Below are positions 1-13,190 of a stretch of 64,000 nucleotides of DNA, in pieces. The stretch is from assembly GCA_040285825.1 (NCBI GenBank), contig JAUPSS010000002.1:3286001-3350000 (forward strand), in the 5' to 3' direction. Within the stretch, counting starts at the first letter, position 1. Every line of letters starts with the position of its first letter. Both the position numbers and the translations under genes were made by a program. The notes under the pieces are model-generated. The model searched no databases. It was not told the DNA's origin and worked only from the letters and a program-made list of their open reading frames with translations. The DNA is from Eukaryota sp. TZLM1-RC (lineage: Eukaryota > Protista > Metamonada: BaSk clade).

Positions 1-279
1 ACGTAATGAAATGTTTGCAGTTCAAAAGATGAGTAAACAAAAGAGGTTGAAATATTGAAATTTATTGGATTCGTTTTAAATTTTGCCATAACTCAAAGCC
101 TCGCTTGTTTATTAATTGATTCGAAATACTGTTGGCAGTTAAACAATAGCAGAAAGTTACGTGACAGTCAGGAGATATATGAGTAATAAAATTTCTTTGA
201 ATACTCAAATTACCATCAATTAATGGCATAGAAGAAATCTCAAGATTTCGATATCTCTTTATAAACATTATCTTCAACA

Positions 280-1606
280 ATGACCTCTATAACTGACGTC
301 GATGTCACTATTGTACAACTTCCTTACGCTCGGGAGATCTCTGCTCTTGAATCAGAAATCGCAGAGCTTACAAAACAGATTCGTGCCAAAACTGGCATTC
401 GTGAAACAGATACTGGTTTGTCGGCCCCCTCTAACTGGGATTTAGCTCATGACAAACAAATGCTACAACAGGAACAACCTCTTGCAGTTGCTCGGGTAAT
501 TAAAGAGCTTCCTCCTGATAATCCAGAAGAGATGGAAATACCAGCTCTAGCAAAACCCACAGAAAAGAAGTACGTCATATCGATGAGGCAAATCGCCAAA
601 TTCGTTGTCGGACTCGGCAAGAACGTTGCTTCTGTAGATATTAAAGAAGGAGAGCGTGTTGGTGTTGATCGGCAGAAACACTCCATACAGGTTTGGTCTA
701 CTTTGCCTGCTCATTTAAGTTACCCCTTCCTCCACGTATCGATCCTACTGTTGCTGCTATGACAGTTGAAGACAAGCCTGACGTCACATATGATGATGTG
801 GGTGGTGTTAATGAACAAGTCAAGCAACTACGCGAAGTCATTGAGCTACCACTCCTACATCCAGAAAGATTCGTTAGCCTTGGAATAGACCCTCCCAAAG
901 GTGTGCTGCTCTATGGTCCTCCTGGTTTGTTCTCTCTTTCTCCTCTTTGTTTATCATAGGGACAGGTAAAACCCTCATTGCGAGAGCCGTTGCCAACAGA
1001 ACTGAAGCTTGTTTCATCAGAGTCATTGGTTCTGAACTTGTTCAACGCTACGTTGGTGAAGGTGCCAGAATGGTCAGAGAACTCTTTAAGCTTGCTCGTA
1101 CCAAGAAATCTTGCATTATTTTCTTTGACGAAGTTGATGCTTTTGGTGGAACAAGATTCGAAGCAGGAGAGTTTGGTGATAATGAAGTACAACGAACTAT
1201 GCTTGAATTGGTTAACCAACTCGACGGTTTTGAGGCTCGGGGTAATATCAAAGTCATTATGGCAACCAATCGCCCGGATACCCTTGACCCTGCTCTAACA
1301 AGACCAGGTAGACTGGACAGAAAGGTAGAATTTAGTCTTCCAGATTTAGGAGGTCGTGCACATATTTTCAAAATTCACACGAGAGCAATGTCTGTAGATA
1401 AAGGTATAAGGTTTGAGCTGCTGGCAAGGTTATGCCCAAACTCAACTGGTGCAGAAATTAGAGCTGTTTGTACAGAATCGGGTATGTTTGCTATTAGAGA
1501 CGGGAGGAAATCAGTTACAGAAGCTGACTTTTTGAAGGCCATTAACAAGGTTATTAAGGGTCAAGCACAATTTAGTGCTACAGCCAAGTATATGCAGTAT
1601 AATTAG
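280..1606 (+). CDS. RPT1: 26S proteasome AAA-ATPase subunit RPT1 (PSMC2); join(280-690,720-924,960-1606), 420 aa
   Basis: Three ORF pieces join through two GT-AG introns (691-719, 925-959). Splicing restores HSIQ|LPLPPRIDP and Walker A GPPG|TGKT. Also present: Walker [21 protein letters not shown], the SRH motif [22 protein letters not shown], and the Rpt1-type C-terminus [11 protein letters not shown]. Confidence 0.96.
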
Positions 1607-2381
1607 TGTTTATAAATAGGGCTTGTCTTTGGTTGGTAATAAATACATCATTCTTCTTACTTTGAAATCAGAAACTACTCTGTTGAATGGAACATGTCCA
1701 ATATCAAATGTACAATGTTGATGTGTTGAAATTAATTGTTTAAACCACGGTTAGGTTAACCCTACTATCAAACAAACAAATTTTTGGTGAAAAATCAGTG
1801 GGTTTGTGCTAAATGTTGAAGTTTTTCATGTCAAAAAGCCAGTATTGAGTTTTGGCAACTGACAAGTGTTGTGTTGAGTCAACACATTTGTATTCCATTG
1901 TTTAATGAATTCTTGATTGAATTTCAACTGTTATCAAGACAATGGTAGAGCCAGAAGTTGAAGTCGAATACATTTGCTAAATTAGTTTGGATAACCTGAC
2001 CTAAATGTGACTACATTTTAGATGCTTCAAAAAGAACAAAATTCAAAATCCTCATACCAAAATCCATTCTATTCATGTGCACGATAAGGTCGAACTGTGT
2101 AGTTCATGAAACGAAATTCTGTCATTGTATACTTCTATCACTTTCCTATGCAATTAACTTCCTTCAGTGTCAACTGTTTTCTCCTAAAGATATCCAACAT
2201 CAACACATCTTTCTAGACTTATTGAGTTCTTCTCGGTTGGTATCATATTCATTGGGTTCAAATCATAAATCATTTGAACCATACAATAAAGACATGGATC
2301 TAACACACTAAATCCTTTATCAGTGTGGTGTTACCTTAGAACATGCCGATACATCGAAACGATCTTGTTGATTGCTTTAAT

Positions 2382-2711
2382 CTGTGTTCACTAAACCCTA
2401 ACTAACCTTAACCTAACAAATCATTAACAAGTCATATATCTATTCATCTCAATTTTTCCTGCTTTTACCTTCTTTTTTAACAGTTTCAGCACTCTTATTA
2501 CTTTGATCAGTTGGTAGATCTTTTGTTCATTTGTCATTAACTCAAATTTGTTTCTAAATTGTTCTTCCTCTCACTTCTCTTGATTTGTTCTTTTTTTTGC
2601 ATTCAATTTTTGATTCTATTCTACTTTGTTCAATGATGATCAGTGCATCTAAAATAGTTTTAGTACATTTTTATTTAATTTAGCTTTGTGGATAGGGTCA
2701 AGGTTAGGGTT
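2382..2711. repeat. Short degenerate telomere-like (CCCTAA/TTAGGG) patches in degraded sequence
   Basis: ctaaaccctaactaaccttaacctaac at 2391-2417 and tagggtcaaggttagggtt at 2693-2711; a similar ggttaggttaacccta lies at about 1749. Confidence 0.4.
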
Positions 2712-3519
2712 CTTTCTTCTTTAACCATAGTATATGTGTTTCCGATGTAAGTCATTTTATTGCTTCCCAAGTTCATTTTTTATTAAAAAAATCTCATGAG
2801 TCTCTACCAAATATTGGGAGTAATTCTCTTTATTTAGAGTCTCTATTTATAAATACATAAACGACTGAGTAATCATCAATCATTCAGTTCTTAACTGTTT
2901 GAAGTTGATTTTGGTCATGAAAGATCTGATTACGTGTGTCTGTAAAGTCTACATGTTTTTGGATTTTTGTAAGTTCAAAACTTACATGAATTGAAATAAT
3001 TGTTTGAAGCAGTTTTTGAGCCAATTACATACTATAACCAGCATTTTTTCAATTAAGTATTTGTTGCTACTGTCATTTATGTTCTTCACTGTGTCAATAA
3101 CCTTGCTTATTAGTTGTTATATTTCAGAAATTGATTTAACAAATTTTCTTCCAAAATAATATTGTTTTATTTAATTTTGTTTATAAATCTTACTGAAGTC
3201 GAACTTGTTAAAGTTGTTAATGCTCAACTCACCCATTTCTGATCATTATCTAGGCTAACAGTAATTTCTCTGCTACCTTCTTCTTATCCTACTTGATCGT
3301 TTGACTGTTATTGTTAATGAAGGATTTGCCAAATCATTAACAGACACTCGAAATTTGTTCAATGAACCAAAGTTGAAAAAAGATCAAATGTCTTTGTGGC
3401 CAATTATGAATTGATTTTGAAAATTTGCTTCCGTTTATAAGATTCTTGTACCAATTATCGAGATTGTTTTTTTAGATAAGGGATAGTCAGTTAACAGCAA
3501 ACATTATAATCACAATTAA

Positions 3520-5622
3520 TTTAATTAATTAATTTATTTATTATTATTATTATTATAGAGTGACAACATACAGCTAAGAGCTAGAACTTATAAGAAGAAA
3601 AATTCTCCACATCTACCCTTACATTTCTATATAACTTTTTGAATATCTGAGACAAGTATTTGGGAAAGCTTCGAAATAAAGCAAAGATGATTCTATTACG
3701 CCAAATGGAGATGTTAAAATAATCTGTTACGTTCAAGACATTACTTGGCAAAAGAATCAAGAAACTTTTGACATATCTTACCAATACTTCCAAAAATCGA
3801 AATTGCAAACGGAATGAAGACAAAAGAAGCGTATAAATTTTGATTAAGATTCCTCATTACTTCATCATACAACTGATTCTTACGTGCCTCCGCCTGACAC
3901 AGATGCGAATTTTCATCATTAAAAACTGAAGACAAGTACACTTTTGCACAAGGGTAAAATCAACAACCTCCTGAGATGAGTTAGTAAAGGGTACAATCAA
4001 ATCTCCACGACGACAATTGAAAATATCGTTATCACTGTAGTGTTTCAGTAGAGATTCTATTTTCCCATTAAAACCATGACACCTAAACATCTCATATGTC
4101 ACATCACGAACTGAATTGTGTCAGATTGACCTGAACTGAAGGAACTTTTTACAACTGACAATATGTTTGAAATCAGCTTTAGGTCTTTTAACACAGCAAC
4201 AAACACTATTATCCAATAGTTCTGAGGGAAATAATCCAAGGCGAAGTCGGATATTCATTTTCCACGTATCATTGTCGAGATGAAGACCAAATGGTCTAGG
4301 CTGTTGTGTGATAAGAGCACTACTTTGTTGTAAATCAATCAAAAAGGCTGCAAAGACGGGATTCTTTGACTTAGTCACACTAAGACGTTTAGCAAAATCC
4401 AAGTCCTCAAGACTATGTAAGATAGAATTTTGTAATTTAACAACAGAAAATCGTAAAGAATCAACAGATCTCTCAGGAATATCATCAACCTTAGATGGAA
4501 AGCACTTATTCCAAACTTCAATAGGCAAATCCTGAATAGCAGTACCAAGGGAAGATAACCATGAAGAATTCTCTTTAAGCAAATAGCCATAAACCTTTTG
4601 AAAGCACAGATTAAACTCAAAAAGGAAATTTGTAAAACCCCCAATACAGGCACTCTTGCACAGATAATCCGCTCTAGAAAAGCCAACACCACCCAAAGAA
4701 GCCGAAAAGAAAGCGTGGTAAGGAATTTTTGATGGATTAATCTCAACCAAACAAGCTAAAAAATTAGTTTTGATACTATTAAATCTTTGAGCAATTGATT
4801 TAGTTATAGAAGGGGGAATTGACCTCAAGAAATGATTAATTTTGGAATTGAAACAAAATGAAAGAACCGCAAATGCCAAATGCTTTTTGATTCCAAGATC
4901 CAAGATATCCTGTAACTGGGACTCAAGATTATCAAGAAAGTCGTTCAAATTTTCCAAAATGCCACCTTGGTCGCCAAAATATGTACCTAAAAATTTTAAA
5001 GAATGAGTATTATAATTAACAAATTTGATTAATTGACCATCATAAGAAAAATGCTTCTCAACTCTACCAATAAGGAAACACTTTTTAAAGCTAATATCCA
5101 AACCAATTGATCTACAAAGTTCTACAAAATCACCTACAGAACATTCAAGATCATCAATAGAACCAATCAACGACGAATCATCAGCATCAGGACACAGGTC
5201 AACATGAGGATGGCGTTCCTTAAACTTCAAAAAAACAGAGTGTAATGCCAAACAAAAGAAAAAAGGGCCAAGAGGATCACCTTGTTTTACACCTCTAGCA
5301 GAGGTAAGGGCAAAAGAGTCAAAAACAAGGCTAGATGGCGTACCATACATCAATCGAAAATAGGGCAATAGTTCAGGAAAATATAGTTGCAATTGATCAT
5401 AAATACTACTACGAAATACAGAATTAAAGGCATTTTTATAATCAATATTTAACAAAAAATTGGACGCAGAACGGTGAAACAACAAATCAGCCGATAATGA
5501 AGCACACGTTGTACCATCAGGGACCCCAATAGCAAACTGAAAGGGTCTGAAAAAATTAATTGAAATTGGTTTAATTCTTCTAAAACAAATAATAGCCAAA
5601 AGACGCATAACTGTCTCTCCAA
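3520..5622 (-). mobile_element. CRE-like non-LTR retrotransposon (RT plus RLE endonuclease), family A; decayed, 5' part lost at the hAT junction
   Basis: RT motifs IGET..RL, FQFAIG, IDYKNAFNS, GVKQGDPLGP, DADD (degenerate YADD) and KFLG. C-terminal Cys/His knuckle, then RSI*HNSVRD, RRGDL and VVDFT (RLE). A (TAA)n-like tail lies at about 3535-3556. Contains stops and frameshifts. Confidence 0.85.
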
Positions 5623-6359
5623 TAGAGATGGGCATCGTCCGGACTAATCGGACTACGAACTAGTCTGTTCAAACGAACTACGGACTAGACTATTTTGAAA
5701 CTAAACGGACGAACTACGGACTAGACTAGCCAATCAACGGACGAGAAACGAACGAACTAATCTCTAGTCCTCAGTTCATTCAAATGCACTACGGACTAGT
5801 TCGTAGTCCGTTTTCGCAGACAAAAGACTAGTTCTTAGTTCGATTGAACGCACTACGGACTACGTCGTGAAATAACTCATAAATACTACTACGAAATACA
5901 GAATTAAAGGCATTTTTATAATCAATATTTAACAAAAAATTGGACGCAGAACGGTGAAACAACAAATCAGCCGATAATGAAGCACACGTTGTACCATCAG
6001 GGACCCCAATAGCAAACTGAAAGGGTCTGAAAAAATTAATTGAAATTGGTTTAATTCTTCTAAAACAAATAATAGCCAAAAGACGCATAACTGTCTCTCC
6101 AATAGAGATGGGCATCGTCCGGACTAATCGGACTACGAACTAGTCCGTTCAAACGAACTACGGACTAGACTATTTTGAAACTAAACGGACGAACTACGGA
6201 CTAGACTAGCCAATCAACGGACGAGAAACGAACGAACTAATCTCTAGTCCTCAGTTCATTCAAATGCACTACGGACTAGTTCGTAGTCCGTTTTCGCAGA
6301 CAAAAGACTAGTTCTTAGTTCGATTGAACGCACTACGGACTACGTCGTGAAATAACTCA
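5397..6359. repeat. 480-bp tandem duplication spanning the CRE/hAT junction
   Basis: 5401-5879 recurs at 5881-6359, with one substitution seen (T5666 versus C6146) and a TCA microhomology at the breakpoints. Confidence 0.95.
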
Positions 6360-7880
6360 GTTGACAATAAATTTTATTGACCATATAAAGAAATATCAAC
6401 GTTCCGTTTTTGATAAGAAAGTGTGAGAGAAACACATTCTTTATCCAATCAACATCAAACCACACTAAAGCTGGATAACATACATAAAGTTATACATGTT
6501 CTATAAAAAAACCAATAAACTGCTATAAATGACTAATCAAGTTCTAGCTGCCAGCCATTGCCAATCCAAGATTTCAAAGAGACTAGCACTCTCATGTTCA
6601 AGGGGGACAATCTACTTCTTCTGCTTCTCGCGATGTCTCCTGCTACAGAAAACAAACTTTCTGATGGCACGGATGTAGCTTGAATAGAGAGGTAATCTCT
6701 CGCTGCCTTTGCTAGGCATGGAAACCGTGATGAATTGATCTTCCACCATTCTAGTGGATCTGTTTCCCAAGCTACAACTGGTTCACTTCCGTAGATCACC
6801 AATTCATCGCCCTCCATAATTTCGACATTTCTTCGTCTAGCTACCTTCTGCAAAAACGATGATGGCTGGGAGATTTGAATAGCTTCTCTTAAGCCATACC
6901 CATAATTGTTTTCCATCATTTTTTCAAACTGTTGCCTAAATATTGCATTTTCTGCAAGAACGTCTAAGTTTTGCAGTTTGAAACGAGGATCTAAGAAAGT
7001 TCCAACATAACTTCCAAAATCATATAAAAAAGGTAAGTATTTTTGTAATACAGTTCCGACCGCTTGTGCAGCTGATTTCAAATATGTTTCTGGAAAATGT
7101 TCTTGATCTCTTACATGGTACAACAGCTCGTCCATTAAAACCAGTACATAACCTACTGTTACATATTTCTGACCAGAAATAGTTGTTGTTACTTCAGAAA
7201 ATGGTCTGAAAGACAGAATAAAATGTTCCAACATTAGCTTTTCTTCTTCGGTTAACAGCATATGCGTCTTCTTTTGTTGAAATAGGAGTGATTCAACATC
7301 GGATAAAGTATTCAAATATCTGAATGCCATGACTCAACAGGAATTCCAACGAGTAGGCACCTCCTGCAGAATTGTGATAAATTGCTGATCATTATCTTTT
7401 TGTAAATCCAGAAATTTTTCAGCAACAGCAGTGGAAGAATGTAAAAGGTTAACGAAAGATTTTACCTTTTCTATGCAAACAGCAAAGGGAGAAAGACCAC
7501 TCTGTACGGCAATATTGAGAATGTGTCCCATACATCTTCGATGTGAACAATTATTCAGCATCTTCGCCGCCTTCACTATATTAGTTCCATTATCACTTGT
7601 AATGCTCAACAGCTCCGTTGTGTCTTCATCCATCGTGATTAAATTAATTTGAGAAATAGTTAATTTTTCGATAAAACGTTGTAAGGTGTCCTTAATAACT
7701 GATCCAGTATGAGGATGCTTCAAGAATTTCATTTCCCCAACCAAGGATTTCATTTCAAAATTTTTATCTAAAAAATGCCTAGAAATGATTGTTGAAATCG
7801 AGAAGTCCAACAATCCACAGTCAAGGAAAACGAAGTGGAATGCTGACGTATGTAAGTCGGTATTTTCAGCTTCATTTTTT
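6103..7880 (-). mobile_element. hAT DNA transposon, 3' terminus and most of the transposase; 5' end missing. The terminus is duplicated at 5623-5879.
   Basis: Terminal TAGAGATGGGC (hAT-type TAG start) at 6103 and 5623. It is followed by about 250 bp of subterminal ACTACGGACTAG-like repeats in both orientations. Confidence 0.85.
6533..7850 (-). pseudogene. hAT transposase pseudogene (frameshift near 7775, in-frame TGA at 7334-7336)
   Basis: SLTVDCWTS (shifted frame), ITSDNGTNI, RCMGHILN, TRWNS, FLDPRFK, and the hATC dimerisation region WWK..RFPCLAKAARDYLSIQATSVPSESLFS. Confidence 0.92.
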
Positions 7881-10454
7881 TGCAGCAGAGGAGGAACGAC
7901 AAATGTCGAGAAAATAGAAATGCCTCAAACAAGTTCAGTTCAGCAGCAGAAACAAATTGCTGACATGGTCAACAGTCTATCTCAGTTACTAGCAATACAA
8001 GGAGGTGCTACAACTGAGATACAACAACAAATAGATTCGTTAAAGTCTCAGCTTGATTCGCTTCGGACGCCCAAAATTTACAGAATAGATCCCAATTTCA
8101 TTAACAAAATAGAGCCACATATTCATGCTTACGACCTTTTTCGGTCCATTTTGGCGACGACCAACCCCCTGGGAATTTCGGGTTGCATCAGTGCAAGAAT
8201 CATTTCCTTCTGGAAACAACAACAGATCCTTAGCATGGAACCTACAGACGCAGAAATTCTACTGCTTCTTTGTAGGAGGAGCCAATTCAGATTCATCCAT
8301 CCCCAACCTTAAAAAAGAAAAACATTACAGAGGAGGTCAAAAGTTCTGTACTTTTTGTCAGAAACTAGGCCATGTAATTGCAGAATGCGAAGATCCCGGA
8401 TGCACCAGATCTCTGGTTCCACTAGATCAACGAAGAAGCGCCGGCAGAAGTAGTGGCCGAGGAAGACCATTCAGAGGTAGTTATGATAGTTTTAAAAATA
8501 TTCATAGAGGCCATAGTAGAGGCCAAGGTAGATATAGGGGCCGAGGTGGCCGTGGTACGAGAGGAAATAAACATCGTGCATATATGTTTCATATACACCA
8601 ATCATCGCATGCTTCAGCTCCTGAATTGAGCCATACTTATACAACTAGCCAATCGGAACATTCAGCTCAAGCATCCCTCTTAAATCCACTCTCTTTCGGT
8701 ACTGATAATGAAGTAGATAAATACTTGAGTTTAAACAGTTTAGAAAGAGATTTATACAATCGAGCAGATGAATCTGCACCTTGTATGAACCATAACAGAT
8801 CCAAGCAGCCTCAGTTCTTAGAAATTCAGGTTAGAATCAACGATACGGTCATAAAAGGCATGATAGACACAGTTGCATTTTGTTCTGTCATTTCCCTCGA
8901 CCTAGCAAATCGGTGTTCAATGTCCATAAATGAAAACGATATAACACAATTCATCCCTGCTAGCAATGTATCAACGAATTCACTTGGGAGTGCACAAGGC
9001 ATTCTGACGTTCAATGTTGGCAATATCGCGAACCAAGTATCAATAAACCATACTCTCCCCATTATACCAGGTTCGAACAAATTTTTAATTGGGCTAGGCA
9101 TGTTACAACAACTTGGGCTACTGACATCTGACCGTTTAGTTATTTTAATAGTCGAAGAGCGCCGCACCATGCTAAATGATGAAGCCATTTTTGATAATAG
9201 AATTAAAACTCACCAAATTGGCCATGTAGAATCAACTTCCTGCAGTGAAGAAGATTTTACTCAGCAATTAGATAGATCTGGATGTGAGATTAATTTAGAT
9301 GATAGTGAGTATAATAAGAGTTTGTCTGATATATTAGCTCAATACAAGGACGTATTCAGCGAAACGCCCAATAAAGAAGGCATCGATTGTCCACCTATGA
9401 CGATCCCCTTCTACAATACTAATACAATTGTACATAAACCAGCTCGGGGCCTCAACCCAAAAAAATTACAAATAGCCAATCAGATTTTTGATGAATTGAT
9501 TGAAATGGGCTATGCAATTGAATCGAACTACAAGTTCAGTTCCCCAATAGTATTAGTGATATACCCTGATGATCGAAAACCGAGGCTGACGGGCGATTTC
9601 AGTGGTAAAGATGGAGTTTACGCTCATACAATTCCGGTCGAGTCCAACTTACCATTATTTTCAGATGTTTTGGAATTTCTGAGTCAGGCCAACTTTATTG
9701 CCACTTTGGATCTCCCAAAAGCTTTTTGGCAAATGAAAGTAGCCGACGAAGATGTTGAAAAGACATCTATCTCTATTCCTGGTAGATCTATTATGTTTAA
9801 AAGGGCATGCTTCGGACTAAAGAATATCCCAGCGAATTTCAAAATGTAATGATGGAAATTTTCCAAATAGAAGGAGTATTTGTTTACATCGACGATGTAA
9901 TCATAATAGGATCAACTCTTCAAGAATTCTTTGACAGAATACAGAGGGTACTGCAATGCGAAAGGAGTAGAAGAGTCAACATTGGATTGAGAAAATGTAA
10001 ATTCGTTACTGACAAACAACCAATTGACATTTTAGACAGCACTTTCCAATTCAAACAACGAAAAATGAGCAAAAAACGAGTAGATGCTTTAATAACCATA
10101 CCTGCTCCAAAAACTATCAAGGAAGTACGGTCATTAGTTGGCTCAGTCAATTTCATAAGAGAATGGCTCCCAAATATTTCACAACTAATAGCACCCATAA
10201 ATGAGCTAATTAAGCACAAACAACGTCGTGTAAATTGGGAAGCCAAACACGATCATCTATTAGATCAAATAAAACAACTGATTATTAATCACATGCCCCT
10301 GGAATTACCTTCATCAGACAAACGCATTCTGATTAGCACCGATGCATCTCACATCGCAGTAGAAGGAGTCATTTGGCAAGAAATTGCACCTTATGCACCC
10401 ATTGGAACTGCATTAAAAAATAGAAAAGTAACACCAATTTCCTTTTATAGTAGG

Positions 10455-10487
10455 ATTTTAATTAAAATTAAATAAAAAAAATTTTAA
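10455..10487 (+). mobile_element. 19-nt tail-only insertion of a CRE-like element with a 7-bp TSD
   Basis: Structure is ATTTTAA-[TTAAAATTAAATAAAAAAA]-ATTTTAA inside the gypsy RNase H. The insert matches the 3' tail of the family X copy ending at 46589. Confidence 0.75.
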
Positions 10488-10905
10488 CCGATACTCAAAA
10501 GCGTTGGTCTACTTTACAAAAAGAATCATATGCGATACTATTAATACTAACAGAAAGTCATCTGGAAAGCTTTCTCATTACTAGACATCTGACCATTTTC
10601 ACAGATCACCGGAATATTGCATTCCTCGCCACGGCTCCTGAAAAGAACAGAATCGTCAAAAGATGGTTACCTATCTTATCAGAATTTGACTTTGATATCG
10701 TACACGAAAAAGGAGAAGACAATCACTGGGCTGACATGATGTCAAGAAACATAGATACAAATTTAGAAAATCAGGAAATAAATCACATCAACTACCCACA
10801 TGATCCCTTTTGGCACGGTGAAATACCACCCCCCAACAACGATTCTGATCATGAAGATCCAGATCCAATCCACATTTTCGAATTAGCAAAGCACCCAGAT
10901 TTACC

Positions 10906-12088
10906 AGATAAATAAAAGGCAAATTATTCATAAATTGAGAAGTACCATCAATTGAAGTAGAAACCAAACAAAAGTTGTTTCTTAATTGAGTAATTGTCCC
11001 ACAACTATTTACAGCTCTTATCTTATTTCTTTGCAACAGGAAATTGAAACTCTTTCACCCAATATTTGGGCTAAATGTTTCCCCTCTGATATTGTGGAAC
11101 TTCCTTCAAGAAAGCTTGCTCTCCTTACCACTGATTTTTGCAAAATTGCAGAAAAAAATCTTGAAAGTTTTAGAAAACTTGGATTATATTGTACGTCTTA
11201 GCTTGGCTAAAGAAAAAAATCCCACTTTTGCAAACTTTTTGATTGATCTTAAAGACAGTTGCTCAAGTTGCCAAATCTCCCAAATTCCCAACATTTATGG
11301 CCTTCTACTTAATGACGACCAGTGAACCACTGCAATGAGAATGAAATGTTTTCTATGGCCTTGTTCATTACCAAATGATTTAATTTGTCGCTGCAAGAGT
11401 GTTGTTACGCTTTCCCATATTTTAAACTGTAAGTATTTTATAACTTATCGCTCACTTGTTCATGACTCAGTTCGTGATCAATTATATGCCATGTGCAAAA
11501 GTTTCAATATAGAGGCATTTATTGAGCCACTAGTACGTAAGCTGTCTTCAGATCAAACTGATGATTCCTTTGGTAAAAAAAGGGCAGATTTAGTAGCTCC
11601 AGGGATCGATGGTGTTCTCAATGTTGTAGACGTTGTCTCAGTGGATGTTTGCAAAAATTCTACTGCTCGTTTAGTGTATTCCGCTGATTCGCCGTTAACT
11701 AACGCCGAAAAAAAGAAGATAAAAAAATATGAAGAACCTTTGGCACAGTTAGGTAGAGTGGAACATGTGAAATATCAGTTTGTGCCGTTTGCAATTTCTC
11801 TTTTTGGCAATATTGGACTTTCAGGGTTGCACTTTTTTGAAAATTTTAAAAAAAGTGTTACTGAATAGGTCTGGTAAAACAATGAACTCCACTTTCTGGT
11901 TAAATAGAATTGTTTTTTGCATTTTCAAGTCTATTCCAACAATGATTTCAAAGGCAATTTTAGCTATTGGTGTAGAATATGAACGTAATGCTGTGAGTAG
12001 GTTCAGTAATAGTGACGCTTGTTTAGAGGATATTGAATTCTAGATGGGTTTTTTTATCTCAACAAATATTCCAGTTTTAAAAAAAAGT
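10906..12088 (+). mobile_element. 5'-truncated CRE-like element (family B) nested in gypsy pol
   Basis: Knuckle and RLE motifs (CRCK..HILNCK..RSLVHDSVRD, EPL, KRADL, VDV) and an A-run at about 12079-12086. TSD TTTACC at 10900-10905 and 12089-12094. The gypsy frame resumes as LPIF..KVRSEQQLAISN. Confidence 0.9.
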
Positions 12089-13190
12089 TTTACCTATTTT
12101 TTTAAATTGCCTCTCAAAAGTTAGATCAGAGCAACAGCTAGCCATTAGCAATAATAATAACAGCCAGTCTTCATGAACTTTCCAAAAGCGATTTCTGCTG
12201 GTCAAACATGAGAAAAGATCTCATCAAACATATAGAACATTGCCCTACTTGCCAGAAAACAGCACCAGTAAAGCAATCAAAGACTCCCCCAACTGGTTCC
12301 CTATGGGCTAATCGCCCTATCGCAAGATTAAATGTGGATGCAATTGCACCACTCAATAAAGACAACAACGATAATAAATATTTACTAGTTTTCGTCGATT
12401 CATTTACAAGGTATACAATACTTGTATCTTTAAAAGAAGTTAATGCCTTAGAAGTAGCAGATGCTTTGATATGGAACGTCTGCGCTATTTTTGGCATACC
12501 TATGTCTATACATAACGATAATGGTCCTGAGTTCGCCAACGAAATATTTAAATTGCTTTGCCAAAGAATGTCAATTAAAATGTCTACTTCAATTCCATAC
12601 CATTCAGAAAGCAATGGATTTGTTGAAAGAAAACATCGAGATGTGATACAATGTATAAGGAAATTATTAATAGATTACAACGACTATCATTCATGGTCCA
12701 CATATGTACCTATAACTCAACTATTAATTAATTCAACCAAAAGTAGAATAACAAATCACACTCCATACGAACTGAAGTTTGGGTCATCTACCAGCCCAAG
12801 ATCAGATCCTGCTGACATCCTAGGAGGCATTTTCGATTTTGAATCCAATGTACCACTTTTGCAAGACCTCAAATTTCAGATTGAACGTCTTCAATAAAGA
12901 TGGGAAGAAGCAGAGCATCGAAGAAATCCTTGACGAGTATAATACTGCTCAAGGACCCTTCTGTACTGTAAGATGGTTTGGTGGAGATACTACCGAGGAA
13001 CCACTCAATTCTATCAGATATTCAGAAGCGTATCAACGATTTAATGAGAAACCTAATAAAAGAAAACGTAGATCTGTTAAATCCAACAACGCAGCTCGGG
13101 CTCTCCCCGTGCCTCAACAAAAGCGTTATCCGCAAAGGAAGCGGATGAACAACTGTAAGTAATTCTAATTAAGAAAACGGGAGAAGGTAG

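Noticed and set aside
5636-5870. CRISPR-like or satellite array
   Set aside because: Short irregular motifs in both orientations next to a hAT terminus, with no constant repeat/spacer period; these are subterminal repeats.
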